A stretch of DNA of 48,519 nucleotides from Atractiella rhizophila (Eukaryota): NCBI GenBank assembly GCA_021432655.1, contig MU271239.1, positions 46,303-94,821 on the forward strand, given 5' to 3'. Within the stretch, counting starts at the first letter, position 1. Every line of letters starts with the position of its first letter. Below are positions 46,701-48,519 of the stretch, piece by piece. Position numbers and translations under genes: made by a program. Below the pieces are notes generated by a model. That model searched no databases and was not told the DNA's origin. It saw nothing but the letters and a program-made list of their open reading frames with translations.

Positions 46701-47273
46701 NNNNNNNNNNNNNNNNNNNNNNNNNNNNNNNNNNNNNNNNNNNNNNNNNNNNNNNNNNNNNNNNNNNNNNNNNNNNNNNNNNNNNNNNNNNNNNNNNNNN
46801 NNNNNNNNNNNNNNNNNNNNNNNNNNNNNNNNNNNNNNNNNNNNNNNNNNNNNNNNNNNNNNNNNNNNNNNNNNNNNNNNNNNNNNNNNNNNNNNNNNNN
46901 NNNNNNNNNNNNNNNNNNNNNNNNNNNNNNNNNNNNNNNNNNNNNNNNNNNNNNNNNNNNNNNNNNNNNNNNNNNNNNNNNNNNNNNNNNNNNNNNNNNN
47001 NNNNNNNNNNNNNNNNNNNNNNNNNNNNNNNNNNNNNNNNNNNNNNNNNNNNNNNNNNNNNNNNNNNNNNNNNNNNNNNNNNNNNNNNNNNNNNNNNNNN
47101 NNNNNNNNNNNNNNNNNNNNNNNNNNNNNNNNNNNNNNNNNNNNNNNNNNNNNNNNNNNNNNNNNNNNNNNNNNNNNNNNNNNNNNNNNNNNNNNNNNNN
47201 NNNNNNNNNNNNNNNNNNNNNNNNNNNNNNNNNNNNNNNNNNNNNNNNNNNNNNNNNNNNNNNNNNNNNNNNN
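46701..47273. other. Assembly gap (573 N)
   Basis: Run of N. Confidence 1.
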
Positions 47274-47316
47274 TCATGCTGAAGAATGTGGTGCTGAGTT
47301 CTGAGTTGGGCCACAG

Positions 47317-47553
47317 GCAAGCAAGAGAGCCGCCGCCTCCTTCTTCTTCGAACTCCTGGTCTTGAATAGTCGAGCCTGCGTCAAGTTATCCCAACCTGAA
47401 CCCTTCGGGGATATCGAGGTCAAACCCCAGCCGAAGCTCTGGGAAATGGTTGGAAAGGGAGAGGGAGACGAGTCTCAAGAGCAAGACGAGGAGCACGAAG
47501 AGACTTTGGAGCAGACAGTGGAGCAGACAGTGGAGGAGAGTCAGGAATTGTAG
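47317..47553 (+). CDS. RAD21: Terminal exon of a Rad21/Rec8-family cohesin kleisin (C-terminal winged helix); rest of the gene not visible
   Basis: After the acceptor CCACAG (47316) the frame reads ASKRAAASFFFELLVLNSRACVKLSQPEPFGDIEVKPQPKLW, the characteristic kleisin C-terminal motif. Confidence 0.8.
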   Translation, partial: ASKRAAASFFFELLVLNSRACVKLSQPEPFGDIEVKPQPKLWEMVGKGEGDESQEQDEEHEETLEQTVEQTVEESQEL

Positions 47554-47985
47554 AGCATCGATTGATCCTCGGAACCGCTCTAGCCTTGTTTAATTGTCAT
47601 TATTTCTTGTTATGTCAAGTTTCACGCCTTTTTCCCCTTCTAGCTTTATTCTGAGTACAATCTCGCCCCAAAGGATCGGTTTTCTTCCTAGATACTCTCC
47701 AAGGATGTATGTATCATTTTGAGGATGTTATTGCTACAATAATGAAGCTATTGACGATGAAGAAACCACGTCGGGACACTTCTTTCCTCGAAATCGAAAT
47801 CATAAGCAATATATAAAAGGACGACATGCGAATCTGAAAAACAAGCTAAACCAGTTATTCGTCACAACGCATTCTCACATGGCACAACTCCTATTCAATC
47901 GAACGATAAGACAAACATTAGGAATCATTAAACGATCTGATCCTTTTTATCCAAGAAAATCCAGAATATTCAATGCGACGATTGT

Positions 47986-48519
47986 TCATGTGTTCATGCC
48001 CAGACGTGATTTCTTGATCCCATTGTCATTCAATGTTCCTACGTCCTGCATCTCTCCCATCTTACGCTTCCTCAGCTGAGAAATCTGTTCCACCGTCATC
48101 GAAGGGAAGGCCCCTGGCGGACTGACCGAAGGTATTGCACAAGCAAGTGGGTTGTGAGGAGACGGACCATTCGAGAGCGAGGAAGCGGGGGTTGACGAGT
48201 CTGAAGAAACTTCTGGAGGGGTAGTGTGGAGGAGCGATGGGTTAGCATGAGGGGTGAGGATGGTTGCTGTGGAGGCGGGAGAAGGGCCATGCATGGCGGC
48301 CGATGTCCAATGGCAGGGATCGAACATGGGAATAGGGGTCGGCAGTTCCTTTGGGTTGACAGTGGGCATCGGTGCCCCCTCCATCGCGTGATACGATCTC
48401 TTGGCCAGAAGAGGTGACGCTCTCATCGTTTGTACGACATGCTGAGGCGGCATCGTCATGTGAGGAGGAGGGAACGATGGAGGATGTTTAGCAGCCAATC
48501 CAACTGCGGAGGATGAGCC
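47986..48519 (-). CDS. 3' end of a Pro/Ser-rich hypothetical protein with a basic NLS-like tail; starts beyond the window
   Basis: The frame is open to the window edge and carries LRKRK...KKSR near its C-terminus. Confidence 0.55.
   Translation of the reverse strand, partial: GSSSAVGLAAKHPPSFPPPHMTMPPQHVVQTMRASPLLAKRSYHAMEGAPMPTVNPKELPTPIPMFDPCHWTSAAMHGPSPASTATILTPHANPSLLHTTPPEVSSDSSTPASSLSNGPSPHNPLACAIPSVSPPGAFPSMTVEQISQLRKRKMGEMQDVGTLNDNGIKKSRLGMNT

Noticed and set aside
46658..47320. Poly-X ORFs
   Set aside because: Artefacts of the N gap.

Overview
Eukaryotic, intron-dense fungal genomic DNA, most likely a basidiomycete, with mostly ~45-60 nt GT-AG introns. The raw ORF track is therefore fragmentary and I rebuilt the genes by hand. 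From left to right: a siderophore-iron MFS transporter (3' end off-window) with a perfect twin-GATA palindrome in its promoter; an F-box protein; NCL1/TRM4; a NIPA Mg2+ transporter; a CLC/GEF1 channel; the YHM2 carrier; an uncharacterised membrane protein; a DUF2841/YDR124W-like protein; an ABCC transporter interrupted by a 656-bp tandem duplication; a WG-repeat low-complexity protein; epsin; RPL1; a Zn alcohol dehydrogenase; a two-RRM protein; a small secreted protein with a Kex2-type site; a degenerate TAG-rich segment; a 573-N gap; an isolated last exon of a Rad21 kleisin; and the 3' end of another gene. The best lead is the DUF2841 protein. Once spliced, it has an N-terminal MADS/EIN3-like block plus a core that aligns by eye with the plant EIN3/EIL DNA-binding domain, suggesting an unrecognised fungal EIN3-like transcription factor. 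Homology calls rest on recalled motifs; no searches were run.
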